From: Trichlorobacter lovleyi SZ
GTDB taxonomy: Bacteria; Desulfobacterota; Desulfuromonadia; Geobacterales; Pseudopelobacteraceae
DNA: 32,000 nucleotides
NCBI RefSeq assembly: GCF_000020385.1
Contig: NC_010814.1
Span: 1,170,001 to 1,202,000 of the forward strand
Direction of reading: 5' to 3'
Shown here piece after piece: positions 1 to 8,510 of the stretch. The position numbers and the translations under genes were made by a program. Each line of letters begins with the position of its first letter. Position 1 is the stretch's first letter. Under the pieces are notes generated by a model that searched no databases, was not told the origin of the DNA, and saw nothing but the letters and a program-made list of their open reading frames with translations.

Positions 1-324
1 CTGCTGCCCGATTCCAATCTGCTGACCGCTCCGGTCATGTCAAGTGTGTACCTGTTTTCCTTCAGAAACAATATCCCTGTGCTTGGTATTTCAGAAGCCA
101 ATGTGAAGCAGGGCTCGCTGTTTGCCCTGGTTTTTGACCCCAAGGCCGTCAGCCGTCAGATCGGCGAAAAGGTGCAAACCATCTTGAACGGTGGTGATGC
201 CGGAGAGCTGCCTGCTTCCGCACCCAGACGGTATAACCTCTATGTGAATAGCAATACCGCCCAGAAAATGGGGGTTGAAATACCCGATGAGGTGCTGAAG
301 AAGGCGAAGAAGGTCTATCAATGA
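1..324 (+). CDS. Periplasmic solute-binding protein (ABC_sub_bind-like), C-terminal fragment; 5' end lies outside the window
   Basis: The frame of ORF 37..324 stays open back to nt 1 (LLPDSNLLTAPV...). The C-terminus (GISEANVKQGSLFALVFDP...YNLYVNSNTAQKMGVEIPDEVLKKAKKVYQ) resembles solute-binding proteins that often precede sensor kinases. Confidence 0.55.
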   Translation: MLPDSNLLTAPVMSSVYLFSFRNNIPVLGISEANVKQGSLFALVFDPKAVSRQIGEKVQTILNGGDAGELPASAPRRYNLYVNSNTAQKMGVEIPDEVLKKAKKVYQ

Positions 325-337
325 GATCATTCCGGTT

Positions 338-2650
338 ATGAAAAATACTGATATGCATAGCAACCAGTTGGTGCCGGAGGAACAGCAGCAAGGATTGTCC
401 GGACGATTGGCGGCGTTGGTACCCCTGACCTTCAGGGGGCGTGCGATGCTGTTTCTGTTCCCAATGATTGTTATTATTTCAATGGTTTATACCTTTGAGT
501 CGATTTCAACCGAGAGGAAGATTCTCAAGAGCGAAATCATCAAAAAAGGGGAGACCATTGCTGCAATTGCTGCACGGAATGCCGAGCTGTCGTTGCTCTC
601 TGAAAATTTTGAACAGCTGAAAATTTCTGCCCAGCCGTTGATGGAGATCAAGGATGTTGCCTTTGTTTCATTCCTCAACAAGCGTTCTGAGATCCTGCTT
701 CATGAAGGGAAGCAGTACCCGTTGACGTCACCCCTGACACTGGGAAGTGACCGCTTGATCAGCTTTTCCGAACATGATGACGTCTTTGAATTTATTGTGC
801 CGGTGATAACGATTAAGGCTGCAGAGGGATTCTTCCTGTTGGAAGGGAATGGTGCTGATGCAACGGTCAGGGAACAGATCGGCTGGGTCAGGATCGGCCT
901 TTCCAAGGAGGTTATGAGCCGCTCCGAGCATCGTATTATCATTCGGGGCAGTATGCTGGCAGTCGCTTTTTCTATTGTTGGCGCCCTGTTGCTGTACCTG
1001 TTTGTCTCCCTGGCAACCAGACCGCTGTATGCGCTCATCGATGCGGTCAAAGAGGTCCGGGAGGGTGAGCACCCGGAGGTTCCCGTTTTGTCGCCCAAGA
1101 GCGAAATAGGCCGCCTTACCGCAGAATTCAACCGGATGAGCCGTGCCATAAAGGAGCGGGAAGATGAGCTGAAGCGGCATCGCGATCATCTTGAAGAGCT
1201 GGTTGCTGAACGCACAGCTGAGTTGACCATTGCAAAGGAACAGGCCGAGTCAGCCAATCGGGCTAAAAGTGATTTTCTCTCAAGTATGAGTCATGAACTG
1301 CGCACACCGCTGAATGCCATCCTGGGCTATGCCCAGATACTCCGGCTGCATAACAATCTGTCGGATATACAGCGGCAACAGCTGGATATTATGCGGAACA
1401 GTGGTGAACATCTGCTGACATTGATCAATGATATCCTTGATGTGGGCAAAATTGAAGCCAACAAGATGGATGTTGAAGATGCCGTGTTCGATCTGCCGGC
1501 CCTGATTGCCCAGGTCTTTAATCTTACCAAACTGCAGGCGGAAGAGAAGGAGCTGCAGTTTCACTACGAACCGGAAACCCCGTTACCGGCGTATGTGCAC
1601 GGGGATGAGCGCAAGTTGCGCCAGATTTTACTGAACCTGCTTTCAAATGCGGTTAAATATACCCGCCGGGGCAGTGTTACCATGCGGGTGAGCTATGGCC
1701 GTGCCGGAGACGGCCTGTTTCGCTGTGAGGTGGCGGATACCGGCATTGGTATTCCTGCTGATAAACTGGGTGTCATCTTTGAACCGTTTACCCAGCTCAC
1801 CAATGACCGGCAGGGCCGCGAAGGGACCGGACTCGGGCTTAATATCACAAAGCGCCTGCTGACACTCATACAGGGTACCATGGGGGTGGAGAGCATACCC
1901 GGTAAAGGCAGCACATTCTGGTTGGAGGTGCCACTGGCGTCATTGCTGGACGACGAAATTTCCCAGGAAATGAATGAATGCCATATTGTCGGTTACCGGG
2001 GACCACGTAAAAGAATTCTGGTTGTTGATGACACGGTTGGGAATACTGCCCTGCTGGTTTCGTTACTGGAGCCTTTGGGATTTGATCTTGATACGGCCCA
2101 GAACGGTCAGGAAGCCCTGTTGCAGGCGTCGGAGCAACGGCCTGATCTGGTCCTGCTTGATCTGGTGATGCCTGAAGTGGACGGATTGGAGGCGGCCAGG
2201 CTTTTACGACAGGATACCGCGTTGGCCTCCACAAAAATTATTGGTGCCTCGGCCACGGTGACGGATAGTAATCATAAGGAGGCGTTTGTTAACGCTTGTG
2301 ATGATTTTGTGACCAAGCCGATCCGTATTGACCTCCTGCTTGAAAAAATATCCGGACTGCTGGGGATTGAGTGGGAAACGGCGGTGGTTACAACCGCACG
2401 AGATGACCGTGAGCCCAAATCATGGAAAGACGATGAGCCGTTTGTGGTTCCTCCATCAGCAGAGTTGGAGGTGTTGCATGAATTAGCCATGATGGGCGAT
2501 ATGTTGGAGATTGAAGCGTGGGCAACGGCGCTGGAGGCACAGGACACTACCTACCGGTGCTTTGCCGAAAGATTGCGTGAACTGGCAAAGGCCTTTAAGG
2601 CAAAAGCAATTCTGGCGCTGGTAGAACAATGCCGAGGAGCAGCTACATGA
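338..2650 (+). CDS. Hybrid sensor histidine kinase/response regulator (2 TM, HAMP, HisKA, HATPase_c, REC, and a C-terminal extension of about 90 aa)
   Basis: The 770-aa ORF has an H-box SHELRTPLNAILGYAQIL and a G-box GTGLGLNITKRLL. The receiver has RILVVDDTVGN...DLVLLDLVMPEVDG...TKP. TM segments flank a region of about 150 aa, followed by a HAMP-like linker. Confidence 0.9.
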   Translation: MKNTDMHSNQLVPEEQQQGLSGRLAALVPLTFRGRAMLFLFPMIVIISMVYTFESISTERKILKSEIIKKGETIAAIAARNAELSLLSENFEQLKISAQPLMEIKDVAFVSFLNKRSEILLHEGKQYPLTSPLTLGSDRLISFSEHDDVFEFIVPVITIKAAEGFFLLEGNGADATVREQIGWVRIGLSKEVMSRSEHRIIIRGSMLAVAFSIVGALLLYLFVSLATRPLYALIDAVKEVREGEHPEVPVLSPKSEIGRLTAEFNRMSRAIKEREDELKRHRDHLEELVAERTAELTIAKEQAESANRAKSDFLSSMSHELRTPLNAILGYAQILRLHNNLSDIQRQQLDIMRNSGEHLLTLINDILDVGKIEANKMDVEDAVFDLPALIAQVFNLTKLQAEEKELQFHYEPETPLPAYVHGDERKLRQILLNLLSNAVKYTRRGSVTMRVSYGRAGDGLFRCEVADTGIGIPADKLGVIFEPFTQLTNDRQGREGTGLGLNITKRLLTLIQGTMGVESIPGKGSTFWLEVPLASLLDDEISQEMNECHIVGYRGPRKRILVVDDTVGNTALLVSLLEPLGFDLDTAQNGQEALLQASEQRPDLVLLDLVMPEVDGLEAARLLRQDTALASTKIIGASATVTDSNHKEAFVNACDDFVTKPIRIDLLLEKISGLLGIEWETAVVTTARDDREPKSWKDDEPFVVPPSAELEVLHELAMMGDMLEIEAWATALEAQDTTYRCFAERLRELAKAFKAKAILALVEQCRGAAT

Positions 2651-4005
2651 TTTCTGAGGGGCAGCAGGTGACTTCATCCGGTGAACGGCGGCCGGTCATT
2701 CTTGTCGTTGATGACGATGCCAATAATCTCGCTGTGGTGCGTGATTGTCTTGTGGCTTTTAACTATACCATTCTGGTTGCGGAAGATGGTGAAAGCGCTG
2801 TCAAACGCGCTGACTATGCCCGGCCGGATCTGATTCTGCTTGATGTCATGATGCCGGGGATTGATGGCTACGAAACCTGCCGCAGGTTGAAGGCCTTAAA
2901 GAGTACCCATGCTATTCCTGTTCTGTTCATGACAGCCCTGGCGGAAACAGGAAACAAGGTAAAAGGACTTGAGGCCGGGGCTGTTGATTATATTACCAAA
3001 CCTTTTCAGCGGGAGGAGCTGCTGGCCCGCATTGCTGTCCATCTGCACAACCGGGAGCTTACGAAAAGGCTTCAGGAAGCAAAGGAACTGCTGGAATCCA
3101 GAGTGGAAGAGCGGACCGCTGAATTGGCCCGGGCAAACAATGAGCTGCATGAAAAGGCGCTGCTGCTTGAAGCGGAGATCGCTGACCGCGTGCTGGCAGA
3201 ACAGGAGCTGCATGTCAAACAGACCCAGCTTGAGGCCCTGAACCGGACCCTTGAGACACGGGTGCAGGACGAGGTGCAGAGAAACCGCGAAAAGGATGCC
3301 ATGATGATCCAGCAGGGGCGTCTGGCGGCTATGGGTGAGATGATTTCCAATATTTCCCACCAATGGCGCCAGCCCCTGAATGAGCTGGGTATCATGATTC
3401 AAATGCTGCGGGTTGATTATGATGAGTCGTTGCTGGATGATACAAGGATTGATGAGTTTTCAAGAGGCTGCATGGAGATTATTCAGCATATGTCTCAGAC
3501 CATCAATACCTTCCGTAATTTTTTCCAGAAGGGGCAGTCTTCCGATCGCTTCGAGGTTGCAGCTGCCATTACGAAAACCGTAGAGCTGGTGCAGGCCTCG
3601 TTTCAAACTGCCGGAATTGCCTTAAACCTGAAGCTGGAGCCCGGCGGTCTGATCCAGGGCAGTGCCAATGAATTTTCCCAGGTCATACTCAATCTCTTTA
3701 ACAATGCCCGTGACGTTTTGGTGGAACGCGACATTACCGCCCCGGAAATATCGGTGGCCATGCAGTTGGGAGACGGGCAGATCATGGTGACTATGGAGGA
3801 TAATGCCGGCGGCATTTCAGAAGAGATCAGCGGAAAGATATTTGACCCCTACTTTACGACCAAACATAAGTCTCAGGGGGTTGGTCTGGGGCTGTATATG
3901 TCAAAAATGATCATTGAAGGTAAAATGGGGGGGAGTATTGAGGTCGGCAACACCTCTGGCGGGGCCTGTTTCCATCTTACGCTGCCTGCTGCAGCTACTA
4001 TCTGA
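2629..4005 (+). CDS. Response-regulator receiver fused to a histidine kinase (REC, coiled coil, HisKA-like, HATPase_c)
   Basis: The 458-aa ORF has a receiver (VILVVDDDANN...DLILLDVMMPGIDGYE...ITKP), an H-box ISHQWRQPLNELG, an N-box LNLFNNARDV and G-boxes DNAGGI and GVGLGLYMSK. An alternative ATG at 2647 gives an ATGA overlap with the upstream stop codon. Confidence 0.85.
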   Translation: MPRSSYMISEGQQVTSSGERRPVILVVDDDANNLAVVRDCLVAFNYTILVAEDGESAVKRADYARPDLILLDVMMPGIDGYETCRRLKALKSTHAIPVLFMTALAETGNKVKGLEAGAVDYITKPFQREELLARIAVHLHNRELTKRLQEAKELLESRVEERTAELARANNELHEKALLLEAEIADRVLAEQELHVKQTQLEALNRTLETRVQDEVQRNREKDAMMIQQGRLAAMGEMISNISHQWRQPLNELGIMIQMLRVDYDESLLDDTRIDEFSRGCMEIIQHMSQTINTFRNFFQKGQSSDRFEVAAAITKTVELVQASFQTAGIALNLKLEPGGLIQGSANEFSQVILNLFNNARDVLVERDITAPEISVAMQLGDGQIMVTMEDNAGGISEEISGKIFDPYFTTKHKSQGVGLGLYMSKMIIEGKMGGSIEVGNTSGGACFHLTLPAAATI

Positions 4006-4037
4006 AACTCACCGTTATCCGGCCATAATGGCTAAAA

Positions 4038-4076
4038 AGCCCACATCATGGCTTCGGGGAGGGCATGATGTGGGCT
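4038..4076. terminator. Bidirectional rho-independent terminator between convergent genes
   Basis: Perfect 13-bp stem AGCCCACATCATG / CATGATGTGGGCT, with an A-tract upstream and T-rich sequence downstream. It lies between the kinase stop (4005) and the hisG stop (4095). Confidence 0.6.
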
Positions 4077-4094
4077 TGATTGTTTCACAGGGTA

Positions 4095-4970
4095 TCAGAT
4101 GATCTTGCTCAACGGGTATTCAATGATCCCCTCGGCCCCCAGGCGCAGCAGTTCCGGTACGATCCGGCGCACCTCTTTTTCAGGCAGGATGCTCTCAATC
4201 GAAACCCAGTCTGATTTGTAGAGGTGGGCAACGGTGGGCGCCTTCTGGCTAGGCAGGATGCCGGTGATCGCTTCAACCTTTTCAGCCGGGGCATTCAGTT
4301 TCAGGCCGACCATCCCCTCGGCCCGCAGGGCGGAATTGAGCAGGGTTGCAATCTGCTCAATCTTGGCCCGTTTCCAGGGGTCTTCCCAGGCGGCCTTGTT
4401 GGCCACCATGACCGGCACCGATTCCATCAGGTCACAGACGATCCGCAGGTTATTGGCCCGGATTGTGGAGCCGGTCTCGGTGACCTCAACAATGGCATCA
4501 CAGAGGCCGTCAACCACTTTGGCTTCGGTGGCGCCCCAGGAAAATTCGACATTGACCTGGATGTTGCGCTCCTTGAAGTAGCGCTTGGTAAACTCCACCA
4601 GCTCAGTGGAGATGGTGGCACCCTGCAGGTCTTCCGGTCCCTGAACCGGTGAGTCCTGAGCCACCACCAGCACCCAGCGCACCGGGCGGCGGGAGACTTT
4701 TGAGTAGACCATCTCGCAGACTTCCACCACATCGGAGTCGTTTTCACGAATCCAGTCACGGCCTGCAATTCCTACATCAATGGTGCCGCGCTCCACATAT
4801 TTGCCCATCTCCTGCGGCCGGATCAGGTGGCATTTCATCTCGCCGTCATCAACGGTGGGGAAGTAGCTGCGGGAAGAGATGCCGATCTGCCAGCCGGCCT
4901 GTTTGAACAGATCGACCGTGGCCTCTTCCAGACTTCCTTTAGGGATACCGAAACGTAGTACGGTGCTCAT
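4095..4970 (-). CDS. hisG: ATP phosphoribosyltransferase (long form)
   Basis: [27 protein letters not shown]...[12 protein letters not shown]... is typical HisG. I place the start at the ATG at 4970, which forms an ATGA overlap with the hisI stop, rather than at the ORF-track start 5036. Confidence 0.9.
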   Translation of the reverse strand: MSTVLRFGIPKGSLEEATVDLFKQAGWQIGISSRSYFPTVDDGEMKCHLIRPQEMGKYVERGTIDVGIAGRDWIRENDSDVVEVCEMVYSKVSRRPVRWVLVVAQDSPVQGPEDLQGATISTELVEFTKRYFKERNIQVNVEFSWGATEAKVVDGLCDAIVEVTETGSTIRANNLRIVCDLMESVPVMVANKAAWEDPWKRAKIEQIATLLNSALRAEGMVGLKLNAPAEKVEAITGILPSQKAPTVAHLYKSDWVSIESILPEKEVRRIVPELLRLGAEGIIEYPLSKII

Positions 4971-5344
4971 TTCTTGTAAACCTCCTCGGGGTTGAAGAGC
5001 GGGTTGGAATGCTCGACCCACTGACCATCCTCCCACTTGACATAGAAACAGCTGCGGTTGCCGGTGTGGCAGGCTGCCGGACCGTTCTGTCTGACCTTGA
5101 TTACTACCGTGTCGGCATCGCAGTCGGTCAATACCTCCATCACATCCTGGGTATTGCCGGATTCCTCCCCCTTCATCCAGTACTTGTTGCGGGTGCGGCT
5201 GAAGAACCAGGTCTTGCCGTCCCGCAGGGTCAGATCAAGGGTCTTTTTGTCCATGAAGGCCACCATCAGCACTTCACCATTCTCGTAATCCTGGATCACG
5301 GCTGGGATCAGCCCGCCCATTTTGTCGAAATTAATCTCAATCAT
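4967..5344 (-). CDS. hisI: Phosphoribosyl-AMP cyclohydrolase
   Basis: The 125-aa ORF ([26 protein letters not shown]...[18 protein letters not shown]...[11 protein letters not shown]...GPACHTG) is HisI-like and translationally coupled to hisG. Confidence 0.9.
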   Translation of the reverse strand: MIEINFDKMGGLIPAVIQDYENGEVLMVAFMDKKTLDLTLRDGKTWFFSRTRNKYWMKGEESGNTQDVMEVLTDCDADTVVIKVRQNGPAACHTGNRSCFYVKWEDGQWVEHSNPLFNPEEVYKK

Positions 5345-5505
5345 GCTGCGCCTCCTGAAAAATGTCCGGGCAGTATAGGAGCCGGAATGGGAAAATGCAA
5401 GACCGCTTACGGCCTAACATGCAAGAACCGTTTGTTTTACGGTGATTTTGCGGTATAAGGAAAACCACTCTGACACGTCACCAGGCATCGCGTAAGGATA
5501 ACGTC

Positions 5506-7179
5506 ATGGCAAAGAACCTCGGATTTGGATCTCAGCTCATCAGAATTCTGCTTGTTAGCGGCATCCTGCTCTCACTCGCCGGTGGTCTTGCAACGCAGAT
5601 TCCCTCGGATGGTCTACGTTTTTTCTTTGTCATCAACGCGCTGATCTATCTGGCGGTCTTTCTGGTGCTGGCCAGCCGCAAACTGGCAACACGGGTCAAG
5701 CGCCTGGCTGCTGTCATGGACCAGGCTGCCGAAGGAAACCTCACGGTGCGGGGTAACGATCTTTCAGCTGATGAAGTCGGGATGCTGAACAGTAACTTCA
5801 ACGAGATGCTGGAGCGTCTGGGAGGGGTTGTGACCAGCATCCGCAGCGCGGTTGATGAACTGCGGATGATCGGTGCCAATGTCGGCAACGTGGCAGCCCA
5901 GGGGCTGTCGCTGGCGGAGGGACAAAAGGATACGGCTGACCGGACCAAGGCGGCTGCCCGCCAGATCAGGCAGTCAGTGGAGGAGGTGACCTCGTCGGTG
6001 GAGGGACTTTCCGGTGCAGCCGGCACCAATGCCGCCTCTATCCAGCAGATGGTCTCCAGCACCGTGGAAATAAATCAGCTGGTGGAAGATCTGCTCCGTT
6101 CCGTAGAGCTGGTCAGTGATTCGATTGTCAGGATGGCTGAGGGGCAGAACGAGATCAACGGCAATGTGCATCATCTGATGGAAAATGCCACCCGTACCAC
6201 CGTGCTGGTGGCTGATATGGAGCGTTCAGTGCGCCAGATCGAAGAGAGTGCCCAGGCCACGGCCCGTATCTCGTTTGATGTGTTGCGGGATGCGGAATTG
6301 GGCAATACCTCGGTTGAGAGTACCATCAGCGGCATCCATCAGATTCGCAGTGCCTCCCACACGGTGCAGCAGGCGATCGGCAACCTTTCGGTGTATGCCG
6401 CCAGCATCGGTACCATTTTGCAGGTGATTGACGAGGTGACGGAGCAGACCAAACTGCTTGCCCTGAACGCCTCGATCATTGCAGCCCAGGCCGGGGAACA
6501 TGGCAAAGGGTTCGGCGTGGTGGCCCACGAGATCAAGGAACTGGCCCGCCGGACCACGGCTTCAACCCGCGAGATTGCCGAGATCGTCAATGGCGTGAAG
6601 GAAGAGACCGACAAGGCGGTTATGGCGATTACCCTTTCGGAGCAGGCCGTGGTGGAGGGGGAACAGCTTTCGCACCGTTCCGGAGAGGCCCTGCACAAGA
6701 TCGTCAAAGGGGTCAAGATCGCCACCGAGCAGGTCAACGAGATCGCATCGGCCACGGAACAGCATGCCCAGCAGGGTGAAAAGATGCGGCTTGCCATGGA
6801 AGAGATGGGGGCCATGGTTGAGCAGATTGTACGTTCATCAAGCCACCAGACCCGGGATGCCGAGGTGATCAACCAGGCCTCTGCCAGCATGCGCCAGCTG
6901 GCCACCAATGTCCATATCAATGCCCGTTCCCACAACGATGCCGGCTCTGCCATTGCAGACTCAACCGAGACCATTGTCAGGATGATTGAAGAGATCAGGC
7001 GGGCCTGTATGGTGCAGCTGGAGGGCAGTGAACAGATCGTCCATACGGCAGAGGAGATGGAAGAAGCGGCAACCGGCAACCTCAAGACCACCCGGGTAAT
7101 GGAGGAGGCGGTCAGCGGTCTTTCTCGTCAAATCAAGAGCCTTGAACAGGAAATGGCAGGCTTCAAGACCGTATCCTGA
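5506..7179 (+). CDS. Methyl-accepting chemotaxis protein (2 TM, HAMP, MCP signalling domain)
   Basis: The 557-aa ORF has N-terminal hydrophobic segments, a HAMP-like region ([29 protein letters not shown]) and the conserved signalling hairpin [35 protein letters not shown]. Confidence 0.9.
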   Translation: MAKNLGFGSQLIRILLVSGILLSLAGGLATQIPSDGLRFFFVINALIYLAVFLVLASRKLATRVKRLAAVMDQAAEGNLTVRGNDLSADEVGMLNSNFNEMLERLGGVVTSIRSAVDELRMIGANVGNVAAQGLSLAEGQKDTADRTKAAARQIRQSVEEVTSSVEGLSGAAGTNAASIQQMVSSTVEINQLVEDLLRSVELVSDSIVRMAEGQNEINGNVHHLMENATRTTVLVADMERSVRQIEESAQATARISFDVLRDAELGNTSVESTISGIHQIRSASHTVQQAIGNLSVYAASIGTILQVIDEVTEQTKLLALNASIIAAQAGEHGKGFGVVAHEIKELARRTTASTREIAEIVNGVKEETDKAVMAITLSEQAVVEGEQLSHRSGEALHKIVKGVKIATEQVNEIASATEQHAQQGEKMRLAMEEMGAMVEQIVRSSSHQTRDAEVINQASASMRQLATNVHINARSHNDAGSAIADSTETIVRMIEEIRRACMVQLEGSEQIVHTAEEMEEAATGNLKTTRVMEEAVSGLSRQIKSLEQEMAGFKTVS

Positions 7180-7473
7180 CAACGGGTTGCAACTGAAGAG
7201 AAGAAGGCTAAAGTCTCTGCCCCGGATGCACGAAAAGATAAGTAACAGGGTATTTCGATAATGTTTGTGCAGCGAGAGTGGTCTTGAAAGAAGGTGAGCC
7301 GGATGGCATTCGGTACAGTCGTTACACTGTTCACATCAGGGAGGGTCTCCCTTGAAGCGGCTGTTGACATGCTGGTACATACTCTTGGTTACCGTGACCG
7401 TGCCATGGCCTATGCCCTTCTTAATGCGGCCCGGAGTTCTTGCTAGAAACGTTCTGTTGGCGATATGAATGAC

Positions 7474-7510
7474 AAAAAGCCCTGCACCATAACTGGTTGC
7501 AGGGCTTTTT
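7474..7510. terminator. Rho-independent terminator hairpin, usable on both strands
   Basis: AAAAAGCCCTGCA-loop-TGCAGGGCTTTTT: an 8-bp GC-rich stem with extra inner pairs, an A-tract 5' and a T-tract 3'. On the minus strand it directly follows the tRNA 3'-end remnant at 7518-7542. Confidence 0.7.
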
Positions 7511-7517
7511 GTTGTTT

Positions 7518-7542
7518 GGTGGTGCTCAGTCTCTTGAACTGA
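7518..7542 (-). repeat. Decayed copy of the tRNA-Met 3' end (distal att site / displaced tRNA end)
   Basis: The minus strand reads CAGTTCAAGAGACTGAGCA-CCACCA; the tRNA 3' end at 16810-16834 reads GGTTCGAGTCCCTGAGCAGCCACCA. Hand alignment gives about 19/25 identical with a 1-nt gap. The T-loop GTTCxA, CTGAGCA and CCACCA are retained. Confidence 0.5.
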
Positions 7543-7595
7543 TTGTGTAATATGCTGTTTTCTTTTGCAGTAAATTTGTTTTTAAGATTATATGT

Positions 7596-7617
7596 ATCCC
7601 CAAAAACATCCCCAAAA
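7596..7617 (+). repeat. Two direct copies of ATCCCCAAAA, 12 bp apart (candidate integrase arm-type sites)
   Basis: Exact decamers lie at 7596-7605 and 7608-7617. The same decamer recurs in both orientations next to the integrase gene at 16645-16700. Confidence 0.4.
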
Positions 7618-7667
7618 CTGTTGTTGCTTATCCGTTTTTAGATCAGACAGGCGGCTCTGTTGTAGGG

Positions 7668-7880
7668 CTATTCTGCTGCTCCGCTATCCTTTTGACAACA
7701 GCCTGCCTCTTCGTCGGATATCTGCTTGATGGTTAGCGTCAATACTCGCAGGTCGCTGATTCGGTCAAGCTGTTCATCCCGTGGCAGATCAATAAACTCT
7801 ACGGCAAAGTCGTAGGTCTCGCGTTCCAGTATGTTGATCAGGGAGCGAAGTTCTACTTCGGGGCTATTTGGGTAGATCAT
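7668..7880 (-). CDS. Hypothetical small acidic protein (70 aa)
   Basis: The ATG at 7880 overlaps the upstream gene's TGA (ATGA). A strong SD (AAGGTGGTG) sits 5-11 nt upstream. I recognise no family. Confidence 0.55.
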   Translation of the reverse strand: MIYPNSPEVELRSLINILERETYDFAVEFIDLPRDEQLDRISDLRVLTLTIKQISDEEAGCCQKDSGAAE

Positions 7881-8242
7881 TGTTCACCACCTTTTCTAAG
7901 ATTGCTTATTTGTCCAATATAGAGCTTTTCCCATTTTTCTGATGGTCTCAATGCATGGGGCGCACAATGTCGTACAGGTGTTAAGTCGTTAAGGTGACGA
8001 TGAATGTCATCGGTAATAGAAACCAAGTCATTAATAATAAGTTTAAATATTTGATTGGCAGAATCTTCTGAATAAGTCCTTAACTCATCTAAAGCATAAT
8101 AATACGCACCAAGAGCCCCTGTTGTTTCTTCAAGTTCATAATGAAGCTCTTGCAGTTTACTGTAATGGTGGTCTGCTACTGAATTGTCTTCGCTGGCAGG
8201 TAATGGAGAAGCCTGTTGTGGTTTGGTTGCTTTTTGTGCCAT
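7877..8242 (-). CDS. Hypothetical protein (121 aa)
   Basis: The ATG at 8242 has AAAGGA 9 nt upstream. The gene is AT-rich, helical-looking and translationally coupled to the 70-aa ORF. I recognise no family. Confidence 0.6.
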   Translation of the reverse strand: MAQKATKPQQASPLPASEDNSVADHHYSKLQELHYELEETTGALGAYYYALDELRTYSEDSANQIFKLIINDLVSITDDIHRHLNDLTPVRHCAPHALRPSEKWEKLYIGQISNLRKGGEQ

Positions 8243-8445
8243 GGCGTTTGTCCTTTCAAATGTATGATAACTATACCTTCATGCTACCCACAAAAATTGC
8301 ATTGTATAAGCTGTTTTCTTTTGATAGGCTATGTATAACATTTTGATGTTATTGTATTTTATCCGCATTAATTGCGGACAAAATGTTTGATTGTTGCGTG
8401 TATATTTGCTTGAATCTGTCTGAAAAATGCACGCATTACCAATGG

Positions 8446-8481
8446 CAAGAGCCGCCCAGGGGATCCCCGGAGCGGCTCTTG
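8446..8481 (-). terminator. Long GC-rich hairpin 30 nt downstream of the 749-aa gene (possible terminator, but no clear U-tract)
   Basis: CAAGAGCCGC...GCGGCTCTTG forms a 10-bp perfect outer stem enclosing the palindrome GGGGATCCCC. Confidence 0.4.
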
Positions 8482-8510
8482 TGTTTCAACGTGCTGAAAA
8501 TTAAGCCGGT

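Noticed and set aside
7128-7370. 80-aa minus-strand ORF downstream of the chemoreceptor gene
   Set aside because: It overlaps the 3' end of the MCP gene in antisense and has no SD or terminator. The region is better explained as a 3' UTR or spacer, with or without the 47-aa plus-strand ORF.
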